Shown here: positions 1-10,186 of the stretch, piece by piece
Position numbering within the stretch: the first letter of the stretch is position 1
Layout: the number at the start of each line of letters is the position of its first letter
Source: Escherichia coli
GTDB taxonomy: Bacteria > Pseudomonadota > Gammaproteobacteria > Enterobacterales > Enterobacteriaceae
Length of the DNA stretch: 64,000 nucleotides
Reading direction: 5' to 3' (one strand)
Assembly: GCF_041886205.1 (NCBI RefSeq)
Contig: NZ_CP169029.1
Position numbers and translations under genes: made by a program
Notes under the pieces: model-generated
Databases searched by the model: none
The model's input: the letters and a program-made list of their open reading frames with translations, nothing else
What the model was told of the DNA's origin: nothing

Positions 1-1
1 T

Positions 2-937
2 GATGGCGGACCGGCAGATTGCGTGTCGACCTTGCCATCAGCAGGTCTCTGGACACGCATGAATATCCCCCGAATGGTACAAGAGATTGACCGCTGCATT
101 GGGCTTAACGAGCATAACAGTCACTCGCGTTATGCCCCACCCGCCCTGCTGGCAACGGACCGCGCATTACTCCGCGACCCTTGTCTGGGTACGCCGGGTT
201 CAGGTAATCATTTTATTGAACTTCAGGTAGTTGATAGCGTGATCGATCGCCATGTAGCCTGGCAACAAGGGCTGAAAACGGGCGATATCGTGGTGATGAT
301 CCACAGTGGATCGCGAGATGTTGGCTTTTACGTCGGAAGACGCTGGATGGATCGCGCCCGTGCTGAATGGCCCATCGGACATAAACATCCACAAAGCGGG
401 TTATATGGTCTGGCAGGCGGACTGGCGGAGGAATATCTACAAGCGATGGGAATGGCGGCGCGTTACGCATGGTTAAATCGCGTGACCATTGCGGAAATGG
501 TTCGCGTATGTTTTGCCGATTTATTTCATCAGGATGATTCACATCTGGTGGTGGATGTGCCGCATAACATCATCCTTCGCGAACATGAAATGAATATTCA
601 TCGCAAAGGTGCAACACCGGCACACGCGGGCGCTCTGGCATTAATCCCCGGTTCAATGGGCGATTATACGTGGCTTGCGGTAGGTTGCGGCAACCCGGAG
701 TGGTTGTGGTCATGCAGTCACGGAGCAGGACGCAGCCAGCGTCGGCAGGCCATGCGCTCACGCGCGACTGAAGAGTCAACGCTGCCGTGGCAATGCGTCA
801 CATTGCGTGAAGAACGACGTCTTGAAGAAGCGCCAGCTGCTTATAAAGATATTGCTCCGGTTATCGAAGCCCAACAAGAAGCTGGATTGATTCAGCCTGC
901 GGTCAGATTTCGACCGTGGTTAACGTTTAAGGGGTAA
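2..937 (+). CDS. RtcB-family RNA ligase paralog, partial (5' end lies off the window start)
   Basis: Open frame runs from window edge with no upstream stop; translation carries RtcB hallmarks (GSGNHFIEL, HSGSRD, IPGSMG, CSHGAGR, AYKDI, C-terminal ...FKG) but is clearly divergent from the canonical E. coli RtcB as I recall it. Confidence 0.6.
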   Translation, partial: DGGPADCVSTLPSAGLWTRMNIPRMVQEIDRCIGLNEHNSHSRYAPPALLATDRALLRDPCLGTPGSGNHFIELQVVDSVIDRHVAWQQGLKTGDIVVMIHSGSRDVGFYVGRRWMDRARAEWPIGHKHPQSGLYGLAGGLAEEYLQAMGMAARYAWLNRVTIAEMVRVCFADLFHQDDSHLVVDVPHNIILREHEMNIHRKGATPAHAGALALIPGSMGDYTWLAVGCGNPEWLWSCSHGAGRSQRRQAMRSRATEESTLPWQCVTLREERRLEEAPAAYKDIAPVIEAQQEAGLIQPAVRFRPWLTFKG

Positions 938-1015
938 CTGAAATGATAAATGGCCTGCGGTTCTCACGCAGGTCAAATCTGGTATCTGCGTAAGCTAACA
1001 AACTTGTTTATCAAC

Positions 1016-1047
1016 AATTTCAGGCCATCCGAAGATGGCCTGAAATT
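1016..1047. terminator. Perfect 14-bp-stem hairpin between convergent RtcB-like ORF and mngB; possible bidirectional terminator
   Basis: aatttcaggccatc-cgaa-gatggcctgaaatt seen directly; flanking U-tracts are weak on both strands. Confidence 0.4.
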
Positions 1048-1081
1048 ATTGCCCCCCTTAGATACACTTTTAGCGCAATAA

Positions 1082-3715
1082 TCAGCCAAGGCGGTAGATA
1101 AATGTCCGTGACTGCCCCGGTAAAAATGCCCCCAGTTCCTTTAAATTATCTCTTTCCGCTGTGCTGATGCTTTCATCCATCATCGTTTGCGTACATGAAA
1201 TCACCTCACGACTGAACGCGACAGTTGCCTCACAGGTTGTCGATTCTGCCGGATTAAACAGTCGCAATACCACTTCTTGCCGGTCTTCCGCTTTTTTAAG
1301 AGCGCTAATCAGGCATCCCACAGGAGGCATTTTCAGCAAGCTATGGCTTTCCGGCACATTGAATCCGGCTTTATTTAACTTCATCGCATCCCATGGGATT
1401 TTGTTGTAACACTGTACTGGCGTCAGCCATGCACGCGCCTGCTGGGCTACACCGGCGGTCGCAGGCGTACCTGTATAACTAAATAAGCTCAGACGGCAGC
1501 TAAAGGAGCCACGTAATTGTGAATCGGGCACCGGCATTTTTATGCCTGAAGGACGTCCAGGCCTTAAGAGCAGATCTTCTTTGCCCAGTAAGCCCACGCC
1601 ACGCAGCAACGTAATGGCAAAGGTTTTCTTCTCTTCACCGATGACTTCGAATTCACGTAGCCCTTCGCTAAAGACAGCCAGACCGTTACGCCCTTCCTGT
1701 AAGGCAGCATAGTTGAGCATATTCCATACCGGAACAGGCGCTTCTTTCCAGCCTTCTTGTTGCCAGACATCCATCGCACTGTCGCTCACCGGGCGCGTTA
1801 GTGAACCAAACTGGGTATCGGCCAGAACACTGTCGGTGTTAAAAGGTGTAGGGACCAGGACGCGAAGGCGATGATCGTCAGCCTGGTTATCAAGGTTGAT
1901 ATCCACATCAATACGTCTGCTGTTATCACTCAGAGTGACAACCAACTCCACCCCTACTCTGCCAGTGGATTGCCGGGCGCTGCGTTCTGACAAATTGAGC
2001 GGCACTGCCATGTCATAGCGGATAACAGCCCTGCTCTGCCAGGCTTCATGAATAATATCGCATTGCGGTTTCGCGTTCGCCGCGGTAATTACCCACTCTT
2101 CTTTTGCGGGTGAATAGTCATATTCATCACCATCATCAGAGCTTTCTTCAATTTGCAACACCCGGTCATAGCGCACACCGCTATCTTTATCTACCAGTTG
2201 TAGCGTTCCATCCTCATTGAGCGCAATTTGCCAGAAAGCATTTTCCAGTATCCCTTCAGCGTTACTTTTTGCCGCAATCACGTTGCCAGGCTGATTCGCT
2301 TCGATATAAAGCGTGCGATAGCCCATAGAAGGGACAATCTGGTTGATCTGTATATCAAACTCCATAAAGGGATCGTAATTACCGTAATGAACGATTTGCC
2401 GATCGATTAGGCCAGGATCGATCTCACGGGCATGGCGAATAAAATACGGCACAGGATGACCGCGATCGTCCCGTAAATTAAACTGGCTGGCGCGCAGGCG
2501 CACAGTGGTGTTAATCACTTCTTCTCGCGGCCAGGGCATCAGGTTAAACAGGACGAGTTTGTCGGCGTCGCTCTGCGGCATGTTGTCGGCGATTTTACGC
2601 ATATAGAAACGAATCAGATTATCCGCCATGTCTTCAGCCAGTTCGAAGCGGGCGACGATTTCGCGATGAACTTTGTCACTGCAACAACAACCGATGCTGT
2701 CGTGGGCATGATTTTTTAAGATCTCTTTCCACATTTTCTCCAGCAAGCCGTGGTGGTATTCAAAACCCAACGTCCAGGCCAGCGTTGCCAGCGGTTCCAG
2801 CAGATTAACAATCTTATTTTCAATACGTGCGTGGGCAACTTTGATATCCATGCGCGTGGAACCGATGGTGCGATGTACGCGCATATATTTGCCATCAATA
2901 AATTCACCTTTCAGGGTCGCCAGACTTTCACGCTGCGCTTCAATCTGCTCGAATACCTCTTCAAAGCGGCTCATCACAAACTTTCGTTGAGGATAAATTT
3001 CGCGAAGTTTCTCCATCACTTCGAAGATATTTTGCTGCAATGGCATCTGGTCATGACCATTCGGCAGCAAAATCTCTTTGGTTACTGACGCTTTTTCCAG
3101 CACGTCAAAATAGCTGTCGAGGCGTTTACGTAATCCGTCTTCGTCCGCAGGTAAGTACTTACCGATGGCATAACCCAACGGCAGCACCTGCGCCGTCACT
3201 TCGCTACCGTCACTGCTTTGCCACAAAAACTCGGTTTTATCCGTACCGTGGCGCTCAGAACATCCGCGCCAGAACATGGTGCGGGTAATGCCAAATCCAT
3301 TGTAGATATGCGGCAGTTGCCCGGACATGCCAAAGGAATCCGGTAAATAACCTATTTTCATCGGCTCGCCAAACGCGAGGCAGTCACGCATTCCGTACAT
3401 CAGATTACGGACGATGGATTCCGCAGAAACAATCGTGGTATCGGTCTGGGTATACCAAGGGCCGATAATCAACTTGCCGGCTTCTACCAGTTTCTTCACG
3501 CGGTCTTTGTTTTCCGGTTTCACCGCGAAATAATCTTCGAGGATCGCCGTTTGCCCGTCGAGTACGTAATATTTGTATTCGTTGTCCTGTTCCAGTCGGC
3601 ACAGGATCTCTTCCATATTATTGACCAGCAGAATGCGTGACTCTTCGGTGGTGAAATACCACTCCCGATCCCAATGCATATGCGGGGTGATGTGAACGCG
3701 AGATACCGCTTTCAT
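1082..3715 (-). CDS. mngB: Mannosylglycerate hydrolase (GH38 alpha-mannosidase)
   Basis: 877-aa ORF; N-terminus [21 protein letters not shown] typical of GH38; length and position next to mngA match E. coli MngB. Confidence 0.95.
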   Translation of the reverse strand: MKAVSRVHITPHMHWDREWYFTTEESRILLVNNMEEILCRLEQDNEYKYYVLDGQTAILEDYFAVKPENKDRVKKLVEAGKLIIGPWYTQTDTTIVSAESIVRNLMYGMRDCLAFGEPMKIGYLPDSFGMSGQLPHIYNGFGITRTMFWRGCSERHGTDKTEFLWQSSDGSEVTAQVLPLGYAIGKYLPADEDGLRKRLDSYFDVLEKASVTKEILLPNGHDQMPLQQNIFEVMEKLREIYPQRKFVMSRFEEVFEQIEAQRESLATLKGEFIDGKYMRVHRTIGSTRMDIKVAHARIENKIVNLLEPLATLAWTLGFEYHHGLLEKMWKEILKNHAHDSIGCCCSDKVHREIVARFELAEDMADNLIRFYMRKIADNMPQSDADKLVLFNLMPWPREEVINTTVRLRASQFNLRDDRGHPVPYFIRHAREIDPGLIDRQIVHYGNYDPFMEFDIQINQIVPSMGYRTLYIEANQPGNVIAAKSNAEGILENAFWQIALNEDGTLQLVDKDSGVRYDRVLQIEESSDDGDEYDYSPAKEEWVITAANAKPQCDIIHEAWQSRAVIRYDMAVPLNLSERSARQSTGRVGVELVVTLSDNSRRIDVDINLDNQADDHRLRVLVPTPFNTDSVLADTQFGSLTRPVSDSAMDVWQQEGWKEAPVPVWNMLNYAALQEGRNGLAVFSEGLREFEVIGEEKKTFAITLLRGVGLLGKEDLLLRPGRPSGIKMPVPDSQLRGSFSCRLSLFSYTGTPATAGVAQQARAWLTPVQCYNKIPWDAMKLNKAGFNVPESHSLLKMPPVGCLISALKKAEDRQEVVLRLFNPAESTTCEATVAFSREVISCTQTMMDESISTAERDNLKELGAFLPGQSRTFIYRLG

Positions 3716-3732
3716 CGTCGTTTCCTTTTTGT

Positions 3733-5709
3733 TTATGGCATTACGCCATCAGTCAGATAGTTGCCATGCTTAACCGCGTGACGCCGCCAGATCAGGAGAA
3801 TTGCAGTCGAGATTGCAGCCCCCACCAATGCCGCACCAAACCAGCCAATTGCCGCCATAACACCGCCCGCGCCATTATCATGAAGTAAAAAGAGCGAGAA
3901 AATGCCGGCACCGGGTGTCGAAAGGCCGATATTCATCGCGCCGACGATAGCGCCCGTTACCATAGAGCCCAGCACAAACGAACCAATAACCCGCAGCGGA
4001 TCTTCAATCGCCATCGGGATAGCCCCTTCGGTAATACCTGCCAGCCCTAACAGCCAGGTGGATTTCCCGGTCTCAATTTCAAACTCTTTAAACAGGCGCG
4101 GTGCGAGCATCGTGGAAGCGGTTACGGTAAATGCCGAAACCATTTTGACGGAGGCGAAAATGGCATACGGGCCGTAGACGCCGTTCGCCATTGCGCCCAG
4201 GCAGAATGCATAAGCGGCTTTGTTCACTGGCCCTCCAAGGTCAAAGGAACACATAAAACCGAGAATGGCACCCAGCAACAGCGCGTTACTTCCTGACAGA
4301 CCGTTCAGCCAGGCGGTAAGCGAGTTATTGATCCAGGCGACAGGTTCCCCCACCACAAACAGCATCAGACTGCCCGCTCCCAATGTACCGAGCACCGGGT
4401 AGAGATAAAAAGTCAGGAAACCATTGAATTTACTGCTAAGACGCAAGTAATTTTTCACCCAGCGCATCAAGTAACCGGCTATCAATCCGCCAACGACCGC
4501 GCCGAGAAACCCGGAGCCGATCATGTTGGCGGCAAGTCCAGCCGCAAAGCCTGGCGCTAACGCCGGTTTATCTGCCAGTGAATAGGCGGTGTAGGCTGCC
4601 AGCACCGGTACCATCAAAATCCCGAGCATCCCGCCGCCCAGCTTGCGGTACATCCACAGCCAGGAGTTTTCTTCATTAAAGAGATCTTGTAGCCCGAAGA
4701 TTTGCGACAGTAATACCGCAACCGCCAGCACCGTGCCCCCCGCGACAATCAACGGCACGGCGAAAGAGATCCCGCTCAACAGTGCCTGTTTCAGCTCCGT
4801 TTTGACACTTTTCACCGGTTGCGTGTCTTGCTGTACGGTACGCGTCTCATCGCTACGCTTGAGGGTAAGCGCTTGTTGAATCAACGCTTCTGCATGGCGA
4901 ATCGGCTCGGCAACAGGCACTGAAAGCGCGGGAATGCCATTAAAACGCTCACTCTCCTTGATGGCGACTTCAGCCGCAAAAATACAGGCGGTTGCACTAT
5001 TGAGTTGATCCGCCGTTAAACGCCCTTCAATGCCGTTAGCGCCTTGTTTTTCAACGTAAACATTTACGCCGAGTTTGCGTCCGGCTTTTTCCAGATATTC
5101 CGCAGCCATATAGGTGTGAGCAATACCCGCCGGACAGGCCGTTACGCAGACGATAGTTGGCGCGTTGGAAAAAGAGGCAGAAGGTTGCGAGCCTCCCTTG
5201 TCATCCAGCGCCGAGAGCAATTCATCAGGCGTCGTCGCCGACTGTATACGCGCCCGAATCTCATCATCCGCAAGGCGCGTGGTCAGCGCTGTCAGCAGTT
5301 GCATATGCGTAGTACCCGCTTCATTGGGGGGAATCGCCAGCAACACCACTAAATCAACTGCTTCCGGGCCATCAACGCCTTCCCACTGAAGCGGCTCGCT
5401 GAGTGTGGCGACCGCAAACGCCGCTTCTTTTACCGCAGCAGTTTTGCCATGCGGCACAGCCAACCCTTCACCTAAGGCGGTCGGGCCAAGGCTTTCACGG
5501 CGATACACTTCTTCCAGAAATTGCTCAGTACTGGAAATTTTCCCCAGAGCAGCAAGACGTTGAGTCAACGCGTGGATGGCCTCTTCACGGCTGTTAAAGC
5601 GCGCATTCAGACACAACGCATCGCGGTGGGTCAGAGTCGTCAGATTCATAATGATCCTCACTTGATCGTTTTTATAGTCGCGCCAGTGTGCCCGATAAAA
5701 CAATACCAT
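3733..5709 (-). CDS. mngA: PTS 2-O-alpha-mannosyl-D-glycerate-specific EIIABC component
   Basis: 658-aa ORF, fructose-like PTS permease with many TM segments; directly upstream of mngB. Confidence 0.95.
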   Translation of the reverse strand: MVLFYRAHWRDYKNDQVRIIMNLTTLTHRDALCLNARFNSREEAIHALTQRLAALGKISSTEQFLEEVYRRESLGPTALGEGLAVPHGKTAAVKEAAFAVATLSEPLQWEGVDGPEAVDLVVLLAIPPNEAGTTHMQLLTALTTRLADDEIRARIQSATTPDELLSALDDKGGSQPSASFSNAPTIVCVTACPAGIAHTYMAAEYLEKAGRKLGVNVYVEKQGANGIEGRLTADQLNSATACIFAAEVAIKESERFNGIPALSVPVAEPIRHAEALIQQALTLKRSDETRTVQQDTQPVKSVKTELKQALLSGISFAVPLIVAGGTVLAVAVLLSQIFGLQDLFNEENSWLWMYRKLGGGMLGILMVPVLAAYTAYSLADKPALAPGFAAGLAANMIGSGFLGAVVGGLIAGYLMRWVKNYLRLSSKFNGFLTFYLYPVLGTLGAGSLMLFVVGEPVAWINNSLTAWLNGLSGSNALLLGAILGFMCSFDLGGPVNKAAYAFCLGAMANGVYGPYAIFASVKMVSAFTVTASTMLAPRLFKEFEIETGKSTWLLGLAGITEGAIPMAIEDPLRVIGSFVLGSMVTGAIVGAMNIGLSTPGAGIFSLFLLHDNGAGGVMAAIGWFGAALVGAAISTAILLIWRRHAVKHGNYLTDGVMP

Positions 5710-5817
5710 TATGTGATCAATTTCACTTGATTGAAATTATTTGTATTGTATTTGTATTATTTACAGGATGAATTTATCGGGCATAATGGCTAAATTCGTA
5801 TTAATGAGATACTAAAA

Positions 5818-6540
5818 ATGGGACACAAGCCCTTATACCGGCAGATTGCCGATCGCATTCGTGAGCAAATTGCGCGTGGGGAGCTTAAACCTGGCGATGC
5901 GTTACCCACTGAATCAGCACTACAAAGAGAGTTTGGCGTCAGCCGGGTTACGGTGCGTCAGGCTTTGCGCCAGTTAGTCGAGCAACAGATCCTCGAAAGC
6001 ATTCAGGGCAGCGGGACTTACGTCAAAGAAGAGCGGGTCAATTACGATATTTTTCAGTTAACCAGTTTTGATGAAAAACTGTCGGACCGTCACGTCGATA
6101 CACACAGTGAAGTCCTGATATTTGAAGTGATTCCGGCTGACGATTTTCTTCAGCAACAGCTACAAATCATCGCGCAGGATCGTGTGTGGCATGTGAAGCG
6201 CGTGCGCTATCGCAAGCAAAAGCCAATGGCGCTGGAAGAAACCTGGATGCCGCTTGCGTTGTTCCCGGATCTCACCTGGCAGGTCATGGAAAATTCGAAA
6301 TATCACTTTATTGAAGAAGTGAAGAAAATGGTTATCGATCGTAGCGAACAGGAAATCATTCCTCTGATGCCAACCGAAGAGATGAGCCGTCTGCTTAATA
6401 TCAGCCAGACTAAGCCGATTCTTGAAAAAGTATCGCGGGGATATTTAATTGATGGTCGGGTGTTTGAATATAGCCGCAACGCTTTTAATACCGATGACTA
6501 TAAATTTACCCTGATAGCGCAGCGAAAATCATCGCGATAA
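5818..6540 (+). CDS. mngR: GntR/HutC-family transcriptional repressor MngR (FarR)
   Basis: 240-aa ORF with N-terminal GntR-type HTH (LPTESALQREFGVSRVTVRQAL); divergent from mngA. Confidence 0.95.
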   Translation: MGHKPLYRQIADRIREQIARGELKPGDALPTESALQREFGVSRVTVRQALRQLVEQQILESIQGSGTYVKEERVNYDIFQLTSFDEKLSDRHVDTHSEVLIFEVIPADDFLQQQLQIIAQDRVWHVKRVRYRKQKPMALEETWMPLALFPDLTWQVMENSKYHFIEEVKKMVIDRSEQEIIPLMPTEEMSRLLNISQTKPILEKVSRGYLIDGRVFEYSRNAFNTDDYKFTLIAQRKSSR

Positions 6541-6544
6541 GCAC

Positions 6545-6643
6545 AAAAAAGGCCATCATACGATGGCCAACCATGTCGAAACCGACAGCCCTTCGCCATT
6601 CCTGTAGAGGGAAGCGGCGAGGGCTATTTCTTATTACAAGTAT
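6545..6643 (-). ncRNA. sdhX: SdhX (RybD) sRNA derived from the sucD 3'UTR, ending in an intrinsic terminator
   Basis: Region immediately 3' of the sucD stop on the minus strand ends in hairpin ggccatc-atac-gatggcc (6551..6568) followed by a U6 tract on the minus strand; position matches the known 3'UTR sRNA. Exact 5' end is not determinable from sequence. Confidence 0.55.
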
Positions 6644-7513
6644 TTATTTCAGAACAGTTTTCAGTGCTTCACCGATATCCGCCAGGCTGCGAACGGTTTT
6701 CACGCCTGCGGCTTCCAGAGCAGCGAATTTCTCATCCGCAGTCCCTTTACCACCGGCAATGATGGCACCCGCGTGGCCCATACGTTTGCCTTTCGGCGCA
6801 GTCACACCAGCGATGTAACCTACAACTGGCTTGGTAACGTGCTCTTTGATGTACGCAGCAGCTTCTTCTTCTGCGCTACCGCCGATCTCACCGATCATCA
6901 CGATCGCTTCGGTCTGCGGATCTTTTTCGAACATTTCGAGGATGTCGATGAAGTTAGCGCCAGGGATCGGGTCACCGCCGATACCGACACAGGTCGACTG
7001 ACCGAAACCGTAATCCGTGGTCTGTTTAACCGCTTCATAGGTCAGTGTACCGGAACGGGAAACGATACCCACTTTACCCGGTTTGTGAATGTGACCCGGC
7101 TGGATACCGATTTTGCATTCACCCGGAGTGATAACGCCCGGGCAGTTCGGGCCGATCATACGAACGCCGGCTTCGTCCAGTTTCACTTTCACAGTCAGCA
7201 TATCCAGCGTCGGGATGCCTTCAGTGATGGTGATAATCAGTTTGATGCCTGCATCAATAGCTTCCAGAATGGAGTCTTTGCAGAACGGTGCTGGTACGTA
7301 GATAACAGAAGCGGTAGCACCAGTAGCAGCAACAGCTTCACGCACGGTGTTGAACACCGGCAGGCCGAGGTGGGTAGTACCGCCTTTACCTGGGGTTACG
7401 CCGCCAACCATTTTAGTGCCGTATGCAATGGCCTGTTCTGAGTGGAAAGTCCCCTGGCTACCGGTAAAGCCCTGGCAGATAACCTTGGTGTTTTTATCAA
7501 TTAAAATGGACAT
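6644..7513 (-). CDS. sucD: Succinyl-CoA synthetase alpha subunit
   Basis: 289-aa [27 protein letters not shown]...; 1-nt overlap with sucC stop. Confidence 0.97.
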   Translation of the reverse strand: MSILIDKNTKVICQGFTGSQGTFHSEQAIAYGTKMVGGVTPGKGGTTHLGLPVFNTVREAVAATGATASVIYVPAPFCKDSILEAIDAGIKLIITITEGIPTLDMLTVKVKLDEAGVRMIGPNCPGVITPGECKIGIQPGHIHKPGKVGIVSRSGTLTYEAVKQTTDYGFGQSTCVGIGGDPIPGANFIDILEMFEKDPQTEAIVMIGEIGGSAEEEAAAYIKEHVTKPVVGYIAGVTAPKGKRMGHAGAIIAGGKGTADEKFAALEAAGVKTVRSLADIGEALKTVLK

Positions 7514-8679
7514 TATTTCCCCTCCACTGCGGCAACAACCTGCTGAGCTGCATCCGTCAGACCTTTTGCTGCAATAATATTCAGGCCGCTGTCAGCCAGT
7601 TTCTTCGCGCCGAGTTCGGCGTTGTTACCTTCCAGACGTACCACGACCGGTACGTTAACACCCACTTCCGCTACCGCGCCGATGATACCGTCAGCGATCA
7701 GGTCGCAACGAACGATACCGCCGAAGATGTTAACCAGAACGGCTTTCACTTTGTCGTCAGAGAGGATGATTTTGAACGCTTCGGTTACACGTTCTTTGGT
7801 TGCGCCGCCGCCAACGTCCAGGAAGTTAGCCGGTTCGCCGCCGTGCAGTTTAACGATGTCCATCGTACCCATCGCCAGACCTGCGCCGTTAACCATACAA
7901 CCGATGTTACCGTCCAGCGCAACGTAGTTCAGTTCCCACTGTGCAGCCTGTGCTTCACGCGGATCTTCCTGCGACTGGTCACGCATTTCGCGCAGATCAG
8001 GCTGGCGGAACAGTGCGTTGCCATCAGCGCCCAGTTTGCCGTCGAGGCAAATCAGATCGCCCTGTTTGGTGATGACCAGCGGGTTGATTTCGATCAGCGC
8101 CAGGTCGCGCTCCAGGAAAATGGTCGCCAGGCCCATGAAGATTTTGGTGAACTGCTGAACCAGTTTACCTTCCAGACCCAGTTTGAACGCCAGCTCGCGT
8201 CCCTGATACGGCATCGGGCCAGTCAGCGGATCAAGCGCAACTTTGTGGATCAGGTGCGGAGTTTCTTCCGCCACTTTTTCGATTTCCACGCCGCCTTCGG
8301 TGGAGGCCATAAAGACCACGCGACGTGAACTACGGTCTACAACGGCACCGAGATACAGCTCTTTAGCGATATCGGTCGCCGCTTCAACCAGAATCTGGTT
8401 AACCGGTTGGCCATTGGCATCTGTTTGATACGTTACCAGACGTTTGCCCAGCCAGTTTTCTGCAAAAGCACGGATGTCTTCTTTGCTGTTTACAACTTTC
8501 ACACCGCCCGCTTTACCGCGGCCACCAGCGTGAACCTGACATTTCACTACCCACGGACCGGCACCGATTTTTGAAGCGGCTTCTTCTGCTTCGCGCGGAG
8601 TAGTACAGGCATAACCCACCGGTGCTGGTAAGCCATAGCGGGCAAAAAGTTGTTTTGCCTGATATTCATGTAAGTTCAT
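7513..8679 (-). CDS. sucC: Succinyl-CoA synthetase beta subunit
   Basis: 388-aa [21 protein letters not shown]... ATP-grasp. Confidence 0.97.
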
Positions 8680-8761
8680 GTGTTCTGTCCATCCTTCAGT
8701 AATCGTTATCTTTTAAACCGTAGACCGAATATTTCGTATCGCTTCCGGGTATTGTCGGTCA

Positions 8762-8935
8762 CCCGTAGGCCTGATAAGACGCGTTAAGCGTCGCATCAGG
8801 CATCGCTTGTCGGCTGCGGCGCGAGCGCCTTATCCGACCTACATTGGTGCTCCCCGTAGGCCTGATAAGACGCGTAAGCGTCGCATCAGGCTTCAATTGC
8901 CGGAGAAGGCGATAATGCCTTATCCGGTCTATAGT
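8762..8935. repeat. REP/BIME cluster in sucB-sucC intergenic region
   Basis: Multiple copies of the REP palindrome motif (gcctgataagacgcg...cgtcgcatcaggc; gccttatccg.cctac) seen directly. Confidence 0.7.
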
Positions 8936-8954
8936 GCAGGTGAATCTTAAACTA

Positions 8955-10172
8955 CTACACGTCCAGCAGCAGACGCGTCGGATCTTCCAGCAACTCTTTG
9001 ATCGTTACCAGGAAGCCCACGGATTCGCGACCATCGATCAGACGGTGATCGTAGGACAGCGCCAGGTACATCATCGGCAGGATCTCAACCTGACCATTCA
9101 CCGCCATCGGACGATCTTTGATAGCGTGCATACCCAGAATTGCGCTCTGCGGCGGGTTGATGATCGGCGTAGACATCAGGGAACCGAACACACCACCGTT
9201 GGTGATGGTGAAGTTACCACCGGTCAGATCTTCAACCGTCAGCTTGCCGTCACGGCCTTTAACTGCCAGCTCTTTGATTTTCTTCTCGATGTCTGCCATG
9301 CCGAGGGTATCGACATCACGCAGTACCGGCGTCACCAGGCCGCGCGGCGTAGAAACCGCCATGCTGACGTCGAAATAGTTGTGGTAAACCACGTCATCAC
9401 CGTCGATAGAAGCATTCACTTCCGGGTAACGTTTCAGGGCTTCAACCACCGCTTTCACGTAGAAGGACATAAAACCCAGACGGATGCCGTGGCGTTTTTC
9501 AAACGCTTCACCGTACTGCTTACGCAGATCCATAATCGGCTTCATGTTGACTTCGTTGAACGTGGTCAGCATGGCGGTGGAGTTTTTCGCTTCCAGCAGA
9601 CGCTCTGCCACACGCTTACGCAGGCGAGTCATCGGGACACGTTTTTCACTACGTGCAGCCAGAGCCGGTTGCGCCGCCGGAGCAGCCGCTGCCGGAGCAG
9701 ACTCTTTCGCCGGGGCTTTCGCCAGATGTTTTTCCACATCTTCACGAGTCAGACGACCACCCACACCGGTGCCTTTAATGGCGCTGGCGTCGAGATTGTG
9801 TTCAGCCAGCAGGCGACGGATCGCCGGGCTTAACGCATCGTTGTTTTGCTCTTCCAGAGACGCCTGCTGGCGTTGCGCCGGAGTGGACGCTTTCTCTTCA
9901 GATTTGGCGCTGGTTTCTTTACCGGCGCTGTTGCCTTCACGCAGGCGACCAAGGATCTGACGAGACGTTACCGTTGTACCTTCATCTTCCAGAACCGCAT
10001 CCAGAATGCCGTCTGCTGATGCCGGTACTTCCAGTACCACTTTGTCAGTTTCGATTTCTACCAGCACTTCATCACGTACGACTGCGTCGCCGGGTTTTTT
10101 ATGCCAGGTTGCGACGGTGGCATCGGCTACGGATTCAGGCAGGTCAGGGACCAGAATATCTACGCTACTCAT
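8955..10172 (-). CDS. sucB: 2-oxoglutarate dehydrogenase E2 (dihydrolipoyl succinyltransferase)
   Basis: 405-aa ORF with N-terminal lipoyl domain ([11 protein letters not shown]) and Ala/Pro-rich linker. Confidence 0.97.
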
Positions 10173-10186
10173 TGTGTATCCTTTAT

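Noticed and set aside
5712-5726. CRP-like palindrome tgtga-tcaatt-tcac immediately upstream of mngA
   Set aside because: It sits 3 nt from the mngA start codon, overlapping the ribosome-binding region, which is an unusual place for an activating CRP site; could be an operator but cannot be called from sequence.
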